NCBI GenBank assembly: GCA_012798755.1
Contig: JAAZMP010000022.1
Span: 2,047 to 66,046 of the forward strand
Source of the DNA: Bacillota bacterium
GTDB lineage: Bacteria; Bacillota; Dethiobacteria; DTU022; UBA8154
DNA: 64,000 nt
Direction of reading: 5' to 3'
In this document: one piece after another, positions 18,704-28,393 of the stretch
Position numbering within the stretch: the first letter of the stretch is position 1
Layout of the letters: the number at the start of each line of letters is the position of its first letter
Notes under the pieces: model-generated
The model's input: the letters and a program-made list of their open reading frames with translations, nothing else
The model's database searches: none
Told to the model about the DNA's origin: nothing
Made by a program: the position numbers and the translations under genes

Positions 18704-20272
18704 TTACATCGCTTCTCCGGTGTCGATCATGCCACGGTTGTTTTTATGATCATAGCCGACAACGGACATGTCCTCGCTATAGGCAAATTCGATAAATCCT
18801 GGATCCATTTTTTCGGTAAAAAAACTGATGATTGGGGTTATGGCCAATGGAACAAGGCAGGCGTACATGCAGGCGCTGACGGTGTCGGTAATTTTGAACA
18901 GGGGCAGGCCGACCGCCAGGGCAAATCCGCATATGCTTCCCGCGATTGCGCCGGCTGTAGTAGTTTTTTTGGAAAGAATACCATAAATGTAGGCGCTCAT
19001 AAAAAAACCGGAGACAGCGCCCCAAGATAGGCCCATCAAAGCTATGATGGCTGCCGGCCGGATCAAAGCAATGGCCAAAGCTGCCAGGATAAACAAGGCA
19101 CTCAGTGCTTTCAGCAGGTGGGTGACCTTGCGTTCGTCCATATCTTTTTTGAGATAGCCCTTAATCAGATCAAGGCCAACTGCGGAGCTGGATACCAGGA
19201 CAAGCCCGGCTAGCGTGGACATGGAGGCGGAAAGAACCAGTAAAAGAACTACGGCCAGAAAAAATTCGGGAAGAATTTTTTCCAAAATTTGTGGAGCAAG
19301 CAGATCAATGTTGGGATTACCGGTAACAGAATCCAGTGGCAACGTATCATAGAACAGATGTGCAAAAAAACCGGGGATATGGACAGAAGTAAGAATGATT
19401 AAGCCAAGGATTGTGCAGACGACACCACCGATTCTTACCAGTTTTGCGTTTTCTATTGCAAAAAATTTCTGAACTAATTGGGGCAGGCCGTTGGGGGCTA
19501 AACTTGTTAGCAGCAACATTGGGATAAAGCCGCCCAGCAAGGCAAAGTTGCCGCCCAAATTCCAGGAGGTAAGCTCTGCACCGGTGATTGGCTCCCCTGA
19601 AGTGGTCGTGGATACAACATCTTTCAGGCGTGCTATTCCGTTTGCCAAACCACCAACTTCCGGTGCCGAAAGTGTAAAGTATACGATGACAATGCCTCCA
19701 ATAAGCATTATAGCTCCTTGTATAACATCAATGGAGGCAGCGGCCCTGTAGCCGCCGATCGTGAGGTAGAAGATTGCAAGTAACGCCATGGCAATAAAGG
19801 AAGTGGTATAGGGAATATGGAATACACTTTCAAACAAATAGCTCAGGCAGGTAAATACGCTTGCCGTGTAGGGCACAAGAAAAATGAAGATAATAAGGCC
19901 GCCCGCTATTTTGAAATAATCGGTATTAAAACGCGCCCTTAAGAAATCCGGCAGGGTTTGTACATCTAGTTTTTCGCTCATACTGCGGCTTCTGCTGCCC
20001 AGCAGAAACCATGTCAGGATGATGCCCAAAAGGACGTTTCCCCAGGCATTATACAAGGCGCCAATACCATAATTCCAGCCGAACTTGCCGGCGTTAACAA
20101 TACATACACCCGACACATACGTAGCTGCAAATGAAAAGGATGTCAGTATGGGGCCGATCGAACGGCCGCCGAGGAGGAACCCTTCACTGCTTTCCACGGC
20201 GGATGATTTGCTTTTAATGCCTACGTACACTATAAAGATCACATACAGGGCCAGCAGCACATACTTTACCAT
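18704..20272 (-). CDS. Sodium:solute symporter family (SSF) transporter
   Basis: 522 aa, ~13 TM segments, SSF-like N-terminal region; RBS AAAGGAGA. Confidence 0.65.
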   Translation of the reverse strand: MVKYVLLALYVIFIVYVGIKSKSSAVESSEGFLLGGRSIGPILTSFSFAATYVSGVCIVNAGKFGWNYGIGALYNAWGNVLLGIILTWFLLGSRSRSMSEKLDVQTLPDFLRARFNTDYFKIAGGLIIFIFLVPYTASVFTCLSYLFESVFHIPYTTSFIAMALLAIFYLTIGGYRAAASIDVIQGAIMLIGGIVIVYFTLSAPEVGGLANGIARLKDVVSTTTSGEPITGAELTSWNLGGNFALLGGFIPMLLLTSLAPNGLPQLVQKFFAIENAKLVRIGGVVCTILGLIILTSVHIPGFFAHLFYDTLPLDSVTGNPNIDLLAPQILEKILPEFFLAVVLLLVLSASMSTLAGLVLVSSSAVGLDLIKGYLKKDMDERKVTHLLKALSALFILAALAIALIRPAAIIALMGLSWGAVSGFFMSAYIYGILSKKTTTAGAIAGSICGFALAVGLPLFKITDTVSACMYACLVPLAITPIISFFTEKMDPGFIEFAYSEDMSVVGYDHKNNRGMIDTGEAM

Positions 20273-20325
20273 AACCGAAAATTCTCCTTTTACCTGATTA
20301 TTGTTAGGTTCTTTTTTAAAATGTT

Positions 20326-20970
20326 TTATTCCTTAAAACTTAAAGCCCCCACGGGGCAAACCTCCACACAAAACCCGCATTCAATACAAGGGGAATCGGC
20401 CAGGCTGGTATCTCCAAAAGTTGTCACCCTACGATCTATTCCACGGCGGGAAAAGCCTATGGCTCCTACTCCGGCTACTTCGTGGTCTTCCCAAACGCAA
20501 CGGCCACAAAGGACACATCTTGTGGGATCGAAGGCAAAAGTATCGGGACTGTCGTCTATAGGCAGATCCTTTACTAAAGGTCTGAAGCGGGTTAGCCTGA
20601 GCTTCAAACGCCGTTCCTTGGCAATTTTTTGCAGTTCACAGGAGCGGTTTTTCGGACATTCCGAACATTTAAGGCGATGATCGGATAGCAATAGCTCAAA
20701 GGCGGTTTTAACCAGGCGATCTACTGCCGGGGATCTGGTTTTGACAACCATACCTTCGGTAACAGCCAAGTTGCATGCCGTAACCGGTTCCCGGTAGCCT
20801 TCAACTTCAACAAAACAAAGGCGACAACTGGCCTGGGGAGGATCTATTTCCTTGACTGCGCAAAGATTGGGGATATAAATATCATTATCCAAAGCCACCC
20901 AGAGCAGTTTTTCACCTTCAGGTGCAGTAATTTCACGGCCGTCTATGGTCAAAGTTATCTTTTTGCTCAT
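20326..20970 (-). CDS. 2Fe-2S + 2x[4Fe-4S] iron-sulfur protein resembling the N-terminal domain of NuoG/HydA (no H-cluster or molybdopterin domain)
   Basis: Fer2 Cys pattern (C..C..C...C) at N-term, NADH-G 4Fe-4S region, two CxxCxxCxxxCP motifs; 4-bp overlap with upstream NuoF-like gene. Confidence 0.65.
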   Translation of the reverse strand: MSKKITLTIDGREITAPEGEKLLWVALDNDIYIPNLCAVKEIDPPQASCRLCFVEVEGYREPVTACNLAVTEGMVVKTRSPAVDRLVKTAFELLLSDHRLKCSECPKNRSCELQKIAKERRLKLRLTRFRPLVKDLPIDDSPDTFAFDPTRCVLCGRCVWEDHEVAGVGAIGFSRRGIDRRVTTFGDTSLADSPCIECGFCVEVCPVGALSFKE

Positions 20971-22880
20971 TTTGCAGACCCACCTTCCTTTTCTTTCAGC
21001 ATTTCAGGCGGTGATAGTTTAATTACAGCATTGTACTGTGGGGGGCAAGTTTTCAAACAGTTATCGCATTTAACGCATTTTTCCTGATCGATGGCCTTGA
21101 GCCCGTCTTCTCTTGTATAAATTGCTTCCGTAGGGCAGCTCCCTACACAAACGTTACAAAGTTTGCTGCACAGTTCCGGGGCAATGTAATAGACGATCAG
21201 ATCCTTGCACATCAAAGCCGGGCAGCGCCCTTCCGTTATGTGTACTATATATTCATCCCAGAAGTACCTCAAGGTTGTAAGCACCGGGTTGGGTGCCGTT
21301 TTTCCCAGGTTGCAAAGCGAACCTGCTTTTATATCTTCGGCTAACTCCCGGAGAAGATCGAGGCTGGCCAGATCTTTTTCCTTGCCTTGCGTAATATCGT
21401 TCAGTATTTCCAGCATGTGTTTTGTCCCCAGCCGGCAAAATGTGCACTTGCCGCAGGATTCTTTCTGGACAAATTCCAGAAAATAGCGGGCAATTCCCAC
21501 CATGCAGTCATCTTCGTTTAAAACTACCAACCCACCTGAGCCCATCATGGCTCCGGCTTCCTCCAGGGAATCGAAGTCGATGGGGACGTCCAGGGCTGAT
21601 TCCGGTAGGCAACCGCCGGAAGGCCCGCCTATCTGCACAGCCTTGAATTCCTTTTCATCGGGGATACCTTCCCCCACATCGTAGATCAGCTGCCGTAGGG
21701 TTGTCCCCATGGGGACCTCCACCAACCCGGAATTGGTTATCTTACCTACAAGTGTAAATACTGCCGTTCCCGGGCTTCCAGGTGTGCCGGTGCTTTTAAA
21801 CCAGTCAGCCCCGTTTTTCATGATTAACGGGACATAGCAAAAGGTTTTGACGTTGTTGACAACGGTAGGTTTGCCACGAAAACCGGAGGTGGTCAGGCGA
21901 GGGGGGCGAGGACGGGGGATGCCCATTTTACCTTCCATAGAGCTAACCAAAGCCGATCCTTCGCCGCAGACAAAAGCTCCCGATCCCTGGAAAACCTTAA
22001 TTTCAAAATCAAAATCGCTGCCCAGTATGGATTTTCCCAGAAACCCTTTTTCCCGGGCCTGTTCAAGTGCGGTTCTAATTGTTCTGATAGCCTGCGGATA
22101 TTCGGCACGAATATAAAAATAACCTTCAGTAGCACCGATGGCATAAGCGGAGATGATAAGTCCTTCGATAACCTGATGGGGGTTGGATTCCAGGATGCTT
22201 CTGTCCATAAAAGCTCCGGGGTCTCCTTCATCGCCGTTGCAGATTACGTATTTGACAGGTTCTTTTTGTTTTCTGCAGGCTTCCCACTTGGTGCCGGCCG
22301 GAAAACCTGCTCCGCCGCGGCCCCGCAAGTTGGCGGATTTGACTTCTTCCAGGACCTCTTCCGGTTCTAAAGTCAAGATCTTGGCCAAAGCGGCATAGCC
22401 GTCTTTATCGATGTAGTGATCTATATCCTCGGGATCAATGAACCCGCAGTGTTCGAGGATCATTTTTTGTTCATAGACTCCCCGGGGGAAGTCGCTGAAG
22501 GTAGGGAAAACATCGTTGGTTTCCAGTGCCACCATGGCAAATTCATAGCAAGGATCATCGTTAACCAGGAAATCTATAACCAGGCGTTTGGCCAGCTCTT
22601 CATCCACATATCCATAACAAAGGGGGGTATGCCCCGGTTTGGCTATTATGGCTAATGGTTCGGCGTAACAATGTCCCATGCAGCCGACATCTATAACCTG
22701 GGCCTCTAATCCATGGCTTTCTATTTCTTTTTTAAATGCTTCTCTTACTTTTTCTGCTCCGGCAGCTTTGCCACAGGTTGCCATTCCCACCAGAACCACG
22801 GGTTTTTGTTTTAAAGCCGTTATTTTTTCCGTAGCCGCTGCTTTAATTTTCTCATAGAGTTCTGTAGATGCTTGACCCAC
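20967..22880 (-). CDS. NuoF-like NADH-binding flavoprotein subunit (FMN, 4Fe-4S) with N-terminal thioredoxin-like 2Fe-2S domain and C-terminal 2x[4Fe-4S] domains (HydB/HndC/StnB-like)
   Basis: GRGGAGFP FMN/NADH motif, SLCxLGxxAxxPV cluster motif, two C-terminal CxxCxxCxxxCP. Confidence 0.8.
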   Translation of the reverse strand: MGQASTELYEKIKAAATEKITALKQKPVVLVGMATCGKAAGAEKVREAFKKEIESHGLEAQVIDVGCMGHCYAEPLAIIAKPGHTPLCYGYVDEELAKRLVIDFLVNDDPCYEFAMVALETNDVFPTFSDFPRGVYEQKMILEHCGFIDPEDIDHYIDKDGYAALAKILTLEPEEVLEEVKSANLRGRGGAGFPAGTKWEACRKQKEPVKYVICNGDEGDPGAFMDRSILESNPHQVIEGLIISAYAIGATEGYFYIRAEYPQAIRTIRTALEQAREKGFLGKSILGSDFDFEIKVFQGSGAFVCGEGSALVSSMEGKMGIPRPRPPRLTTSGFRGKPTVVNNVKTFCYVPLIMKNGADWFKSTGTPGSPGTAVFTLVGKITNSGLVEVPMGTTLRQLIYDVGEGIPDEKEFKAVQIGGPSGGCLPESALDVPIDFDSLEEAGAMMGSGGLVVLNEDDCMVGIARYFLEFVQKESCGKCTFCRLGTKHMLEILNDITQGKEKDLASLDLLRELAEDIKAGSLCNLGKTAPNPVLTTLRYFWDEYIVHITEGRCPALMCKDLIVYYIAPELCSKLCNVCVGSCPTEAIYTREDGLKAIDQEKCVKCDNCLKTCPPQYNAVIKLSPPEMLKEKEGGSAK

Positions 22881-22883
22881 AGT

Positions 22884-23432
22884 CTAGTCTCCTTTCTCCT
22901 CGTTTTCCTCTGCTTCTTTTTGTTCTTCTTCTTGTTCATCTGCTTCAAAAGCCAGCATCAAGCCATCAACCCGGGTGGGCGTTACCTTTCCTTCAATATC
23001 TTCGTTTACCACAACTACAGGGGCGATAGCACAACAACCGACACAGGCAACCGTTTCCAGGCTATATTTACGGTCGCTTGTAGTTTCTCCTTCTCCGATT
23101 TTTAAGTGCCTTTCAAAGGATTCAAGTGCTATGCGGCCCCCGACCATGTAGCAGGCGGTGCCCATACATATCTTTATCTGATGTTTACCCGGGGGATTCA
23201 AACGAAACTGGTTGTAAAAAGTGGTAAGGCCAAAAACATCAACAGAAGGTATGTCCATCGCTTCGGCGATTATTTCCATGGACAAGCCCGGTAAATAACC
23301 AAGGCTATCTTGAACCTCCTGAAGGATAGGTATTAGATTTTCGCGATCACTCCCATGTTTTCCCAGTATTTCGCCTACTTTTTCAATTATAAGTTCTTTT
23401 TCACCTTCCAGAAGTTGTTGCACTAAAAACAT
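22884..23432 (-). CDS. NuoE-like 2Fe-2S thioredoxin-fold subunit (HydC/HndA/StnA-like)
   Basis: CMGTACYMVGG ... CVGCCAIAPVVVVN NuoE signature; acidic C-terminal tail. Confidence 0.75.
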   Translation of the reverse strand: MFLVQQLLEGEKELIIEKVGEILGKHGSDRENLIPILQEVQDSLGYLPGLSMEIIAEAMDIPSVDVFGLTTFYNQFRLNPPGKHQIKICMGTACYMVGGRIALESFERHLKIGEGETTSDRKYSLETVACVGCCAIAPVVVVNEDIEGKVTPTRVDGLMLAFEADEQEEEQKEAEENEEKGD

Positions 23433-23716
23433 CTCCTTTGATGAGGTAGTGTATTATTTAATTAAAAAATTACTTTGTGAATATAATGTGATTTGTAAAC
23501 ACGTCCGCCGTTTTCTATGTTCTTCGGCGTTTTGCTCAAGGTACTTACAGTTTTTAAAAAGATTTTTCAAGTGTTTCCTTTCGCATATTACAACATTATA
23601 ACATAACTTTTGTTTTTGACATTGATAAATAATACTTAAAAATCTTCTGACAAAATTCAAGAAAGCCTGCTAATGATAGCAGGCTTCCAGTGGGGAAGAC
23701 CCCCCATAAATATCAA

Positions 23717-23801
23717 TGGTGCGGGCGAAGGGATTTGAACCCTTACAGGTTGCCCTACAGGATCCTAAGTCCTGCGCGTCTGCCGATTCCGCCACGCCCG
23801 C
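23717..23801 (-). tRNA. tRNA-Leu (TAG), class II long variable arm
   Basis: Reverse complement folds: acceptor GCGGGCG/CGCCCGC, anticodon loop CTTAGGA (UAG), long variable arm, T-loop TTCAAAT, CCA encoded. Confidence 0.8.
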
Positions 23802-24021
23802 ACGTTAGCATAGTTTGATTAGCCTTTTGGATCCGAAAATCCAACCTACCTAAGTATACTATATTTTTTTTCCCATTTCAATGGAAAGAAAAAACCCTCA
23901 TTTTCTTGCAAGAAAGTCAAATTTAACAGCCAGTCCGGCAAAGCCTTGCAATTTGCGGATGTATTTATGATATAATTATATTCCAAGTTAAAAAAAGGCC
24001 CGGATAAACGGCCGGCTGCTT

Positions 24022-24756
24022 TTGTTTACAGAAAGGTTGAGGGCAGTGCTTTATGCCATAAGCGATCTGCACTTATCCCTGGGGGGAGACAAGCCAATGG
24101 ATATCTTTGGGGAGCAGTGGATCGATCATCATTTAAAAATCGAAGAAAACTGGCGCCGTACTGTAAAAGATGACGATACAGTGATCTTGGGAGGAGATCT
24201 ATCCTGGGCACTAAAACTGGAGGAAGCGGAAGAAGATTTAAATTATATACATAGCCTTCCCGGGAAAAAAGTGTTGTTCAAAGGAAATCATGATTACTGG
24301 TGGCAGAGCTATGCTAAAGTAAAAGAGGCCCTCCCGGAAAATGTTTTTGCAGTGCAAAACAATTACTTTCCTTATGAAGGCGGGATTGCCCTTTGCGGCA
24401 CACGGGGCTGGATCGTGCCGGGAACGGAAAATTTTAGCGAACATGATGAAAAAATTTATAAAAGGGAATTAAACCGTCTGAAACTTTCCTTGACAGAAGC
24501 GCTAAAGGACGGCTACAGGAAATTTATCGTTACGCTGCATTACCCGCCATTTACCCCCTGGGGGGAAGAAACAGGATTTGTCGAAATCATGCGCGACTTT
24601 GATGTTAAAATATGTCTATACGGACATCTGCATGGGGTGGATGAACAAAAGGTTGTTCAAGGTGAGATAGGGCCTATACGATATTATTTTACATCCTGCG
24701 ATTACCTTCAATTTAGTCCCATAGCCATAGATGTGAGCGTTTTTGATAAAGTTTGA
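24022..24756 (+). CDS. Calcineurin-like metallophosphoesterase
   Basis: AISDLHLS ... GGDL ... GNHDYWW ... LHYPP ... GHLH metallophosphatase motifs. Confidence 0.6.
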   Translation: MFTERLRAVLYAISDLHLSLGGDKPMDIFGEQWIDHHLKIEENWRRTVKDDDTVILGGDLSWALKLEEAEEDLNYIHSLPGKKVLFKGNHDYWWQSYAKVKEALPENVFAVQNNYFPYEGGIALCGTRGWIVPGTENFSEHDEKIYKRELNRLKLSLTEALKDGYRKFIVTLHYPPFTPWGEETGFVEIMRDFDVKICLYGHLHGVDEQKVVQGEIGPIRYYFTSCDYLQFSPIAIDVSVFDKV

Positions 24757-24951
24757 GAATATGTCATGACATTCCAGACCGGCGGCAATGTGGTCAGTTG
24801 ATTGCCAGGATGTCATCATTGGTTAACAAACCCTGCTTATGTGTATTCCTGATTATAGCTTTGCTTGTTTTAAGTTGCCCCGGTTAGTGTTATAATACCT
24901 GTTAAACAACAAAATGTTTGAAGTTTGCGCTGTAAAATAGGGGGAAAAAAC

Positions 24952-25893
24952 ATGTTGGAAAAGACAAGGCGTTCTGCCGTCATTTTTTTTGTTTTGGTTT
25001 TGCTGATGAGTGCTATGCCTTCCGGCTGTGGAAATGCTGCCAATGATTCTATAGCGGCAACGGTCTACGGCGAAAATATTGAAAGAAAAGATATTGAAGA
25101 TTTTTTAAAACTTGTCTGCCTGTATATGCCTGATTCAGAGGAGGCATATTCTCAGGAGGGGTATGCGGAGCTGCTGGAAGAAAGGGCGTTATGGTATTTA
25201 ATCGAAAGCAAAATTGTAGAACATGAGGTTAAAAGGCTGGGGTTGGAAGTCGATGAACAGAAGGTGGAACAGGAATTTCTGTCAGTAAAAGATGAACTGG
25301 TCAAAGATGTCTATGGCTCGGAAGAAGATTATTTGGCCAGGTTGGATGAATTGGAAATCGGTGAGGATTCCATCAAAAATTTTCATCGCAAGACGCTTTT
25401 TACGGAATTGCTTTACGAACATGTCAGCGAGGATATTTCCGAAGAAGAAGCAAGGTCGTACGTTGAAGAGAACCCCCAGTTTTTAGAAAAGCCGGCCCAG
25501 GTGTATGCTTTCCATATCTTGTTGGAAGATGAGGAAAAAGCCTTTGACGTGCTGGAACTTTTGCAGGAAGGCGCCGATTTTGCAGAAGTTGGCAGGGAAC
25601 ACTCTGTAGACGATTATGTGGAATTGGGGCTGATCAGTTCACATGATGGGTTTGATCCTGCTTTTCTGGAAGCAGCTTTCGAATTGGAACCCGGGGAGAT
25701 CAGCCGCCCAGTAGAAACAGCGTTTGGGTTTCATATCATTAAAATCACGGAAAAAGAGGATGCCGGGGTTTTTGCCTTTGAGGATGTTAAGGAATTTGTG
25801 GTTGCCAGACTGAAAGGTGAAAGCCTGGAAAAATACCTTCAGGAGCTGATGGAAAAAGCTGACATCGAGACCTTTGAAAAAACAAATGAATAA
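24952..25893 (+). CDS. PpiC-type peptidyl-prolyl isomerase lipoprotein (PrsA/SurA-like foldase)
   Basis: Lipobox MPSGC after signal peptide; parvulin domain FHILLEDEEKA...GFHIIKI. Confidence 0.65.
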   Translation: MLEKTRRSAVIFFVLVLLMSAMPSGCGNAANDSIAATVYGENIERKDIEDFLKLVCLYMPDSEEAYSQEGYAELLEERALWYLIESKIVEHEVKRLGLEVDEQKVEQEFLSVKDELVKDVYGSEEDYLARLDELEIGEDSIKNFHRKTLFTELLYEHVSEDISEEEARSYVEENPQFLEKPAQVYAFHILLEDEEKAFDVLELLQEGADFAEVGREHSVDDYVELGLISSHDGFDPAFLEAAFELEPGEISRPVETAFGFHIIKITEKEDAGVFAFEDVKEFVVARLKGESLEKYLQELMEKADIETFEKTNE

Positions 25894-25959
25894 AACCTCT
25901 TTCCTAGATAAATAATAAAAGAGAACCTTCAGTGTGAAACAGTAAAAGGAGGGGATAAG

Positions 25960-26514
25960 GTGAAAGCGACAGGCATTGTACGTAGAATAGATGATCTGGG
26001 CAGGGTTGTAATCCCCAAAGAAATAAGGCGGACGTTGAGAATCCGACAGGGGGATCCGCTGGAGATCTTTGTAGATCGCGATGGGGAGGTTATCTTAAAG
26101 AAATATTCTCCTATTGGTGAATTAGGCGATTTTGCACAGGAATACGCTGATTCCTTGCATGAAGTGATGGGGCATATTGCCTGCATTGCGGATAGGGATA
26201 CAATTATAGCTGTTTCGGGGGCTCCTAAGAAGGAATTCCTTAACCGTCCTCTTAGTACAGCTGTTGAACAGGTGATGGAAAACCGTAAAAGTGTACTGAT
26301 AAATGATACTGCCCAGCATGAGTATTACCGGGAAAGTGACGAAGAAGAACTCTCCAAGTTTTACGCCGAGGTCATTGCCCCTATTATTTCAGAGGGGGAT
26401 CCTATTGGTGCTGTTATTATGGGCACCAGGACCAGGGATGTCAAAATGGCCGAACTGGAATTAAAATTGGTAGAAACGGCGGCAGGCTTTTTAGCCAAAC
26501 AGATGGAGCAATAG
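25960..26514 (+). CDS. spoVT: Stage V sporulation protein T (AbrB-type swapped-hairpin N-domain + GAF)
   Basis: N-terminal GIVRRIDDLGRVVIPKEIRRTLRIRQGDPLEIF AbrB/SpoVT motif; 184 aa; followed by yabM/yabN-like genes as in B. subtilis. Confidence 0.8.
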   Translation: MKATGIVRRIDDLGRVVIPKEIRRTLRIRQGDPLEIFVDRDGEVILKKYSPIGELGDFAQEYADSLHEVMGHIACIADRDTIIAVSGAPKKEFLNRPLSTAVEQVMENRKSVLINDTAQHEYYRESDEEELSKFYAEVIAPIISEGDPIGAVIMGTRTRDVKMAELELKLVETAAGFLAKQMEQ

Positions 26515-26709
26515 AATTGGTTTACATCATTAATGGTCGGTAAATTCGCCTATTCAGGACTATAGCATCATCTGAAATATTCCCCGACTTTAATATTAGA
26601 ATGTAAAATATTTTACCTAAGCGGCAACAGCTAGTTTTTGTTGCCGCTTTTTTCTGGGATAAATGTGTTATAATCAGAGGAGATTTCTTTCAGAGGGGGC
26701 CGGGAAATA

Positions 26710-28335
26710 TTGTTCCGGGGTCAATCATTTATTAAAGGAGCGGTGATCCTTACTTTAGCCGGGCTTTTTGTTCGTGTGCTCGGAGCGGGATTGCGCATTT
26801 TTTTGGCGGCCGTAATGGGGGATGAGGGTATTGGCCTTTACCAGATGGCCTATCCTATCTATGCAACTTTGTTGTCAATTTCCACTGCAGGCATTCCTAT
26901 CGCCATTTCCAAGCTGGTAGCCGAAAATGTTGCTTTCAAGGATCATCGGGGGGCACAGAAGATCTTCAATATATCTTTTGTCATTCTCACCTTCTTGGGG
27001 GCCCTGTTTTCCCTGGTTTTATATTTTGGGGCGGAATTTTTTGCACAAAATATTGTTAAGGAACCCCGTGCCTACTATCCATTGGTCTGTATTTCACCGG
27101 CAATTTTGTTCGTAACGATGCTTTCTGCATTCCGGGGGTATTTCCAAGGTTTCCAGGCCATGTTGCCCACAGCGGTTTCACAGATCATCGAACAATGCGG
27201 CAGAGTCGTTGTAATCATTGTTTTAGTTTTTTTGCTCCTGCCCAGGGGGTTGGAATTTGCCGCTGCAGGAGCTGCTTTTGGGGCGGTCGCCGGCTCTTTT
27301 TTAGGGCTGCTTTTTCTCCTGTTTTTGTATTTCCGAAACCGGAGGAAATATATTCAAAAGATAAAAAAACAAGTAGTCCGGCGGGATTTCGGTATTGGTG
27401 AAACAATTTACCGGATCCTGGCTTTATCCATCCCCATTACATTGGGAAGCCTGGTTATCCCTGTGGTTAATATGATCGATCTTAGTGTAGTCCCCCTAAG
27501 GCTTCATCAAGTGGGGTATTCCACGAAAGAAGCTACAGCACTTTACGGCCAGCTTACAGGTATGGCCAACTCTATTATACAATTTCCTCTTATTTTAACC
27601 ATAGCGTTGGCTATGAGCCTGGTGCCGGCGATCTCAGAGGCGCAAACCCTACGCAACGATTTACTTGTAAAAAACAGAACGGAACTGGCTATGCGCTTTA
27701 CGTTGTTTTTCAGCATTCCGGCTTCATTTGGACTTTATGTTTTAGCAAAACCCACTACAATTGTCCTTTTTGAAAATGCCCCGGCAGCCTATCCTTTGGC
27801 GATGATGTCCTTTGGGCTGATATTTATGTCTTTATACATTGCTACTTCCGGAATTTTACAGGGCTTGGGATATGTGCTGGAACCAGTCAAGTACATGGTT
27901 TTTGGTACTATTATAAAGTTTGTTTTGAGCTGGTATTGGACAGCGGATCCCCGGCTGCATATCGGCGGTGCGGCGCTGGCTACAGTAGCTAGTTTTTTCA
28001 TTGCTTCTTTATTAAACATCAGAAAAGTAAGTAAAATTACAGGATGGCGTTTCAACTTCAATGAACTGCTCTTCAAGCCTCTGGTTGCAGCCTCTTTTAT
28101 GGCCTGGAGTGTCCATCTTGCTTATGGAACTATCGCCGGAGGATTTTTGCCGTTATTTTCTGCAAGGTTAGCACAGGCGCTATCCTTACTGCTTTCAATC
28201 CTGATCGGCTTGTTCATTTTTGTCCTGGTGATGTTTTTGGTAAGAGCCGTCCGCAAGGAAGATCTTGAAGCCGTACCGCACATAGGGCCTCATCTTGTGA
28301 AATTAACACGGAAATTAAATCTATTGGGAAGGTAA
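26710..28335 (+). CDS. MOP-superfamily polysaccharide/lipid-II flippase (YabM/SpoVB-like)
   Basis: 541 aa, 14 TM, Wzx/MurJ-like; syntenic position of B. subtilis yabM. Confidence 0.65.
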   Translation: MFRGQSFIKGAVILTLAGLFVRVLGAGLRIFLAAVMGDEGIGLYQMAYPIYATLLSISTAGIPIAISKLVAENVAFKDHRGAQKIFNISFVILTFLGALFSLVLYFGAEFFAQNIVKEPRAYYPLVCISPAILFVTMLSAFRGYFQGFQAMLPTAVSQIIEQCGRVVVIIVLVFLLLPRGLEFAAAGAAFGAVAGSFLGLLFLLFLYFRNRRKYIQKIKKQVVRRDFGIGETIYRILALSIPITLGSLVIPVVNMIDLSVVPLRLHQVGYSTKEATALYGQLTGMANSIIQFPLILTIALAMSLVPAISEAQTLRNDLLVKNRTELAMRFTLFFSIPASFGLYVLAKPTTIVLFENAPAAYPLAMMSFGLIFMSLYIATSGILQGLGYVLEPVKYMVFGTIIKFVLSWYWTADPRLHIGGAALATVASFFIASLLNIRKVSKITGWRFNFNELLFKPLVAASFMAWSVHLAYGTIAGGFLPLFSARLAQALSLLLSILIGLFIFVLVMFLVRAVRKEDLEAVPHIGPHLVKLTRKLNLLGR

Positions 28336-28393
28336 AATGTTGAGAAGCCAAAACTAACGAAAAAAATATCATAACTAAACTAGGGAGGCTTTT

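Noticed and set aside
23433-24021. Prophage or integrase attachment site at tRNA-Leu
   Set aside because: tRNA genes are common integration sites, but no integrase, direct repeat of the tRNA 3' end or phage-like genes are found nearby. The flanks are ordinary housekeeping genes.
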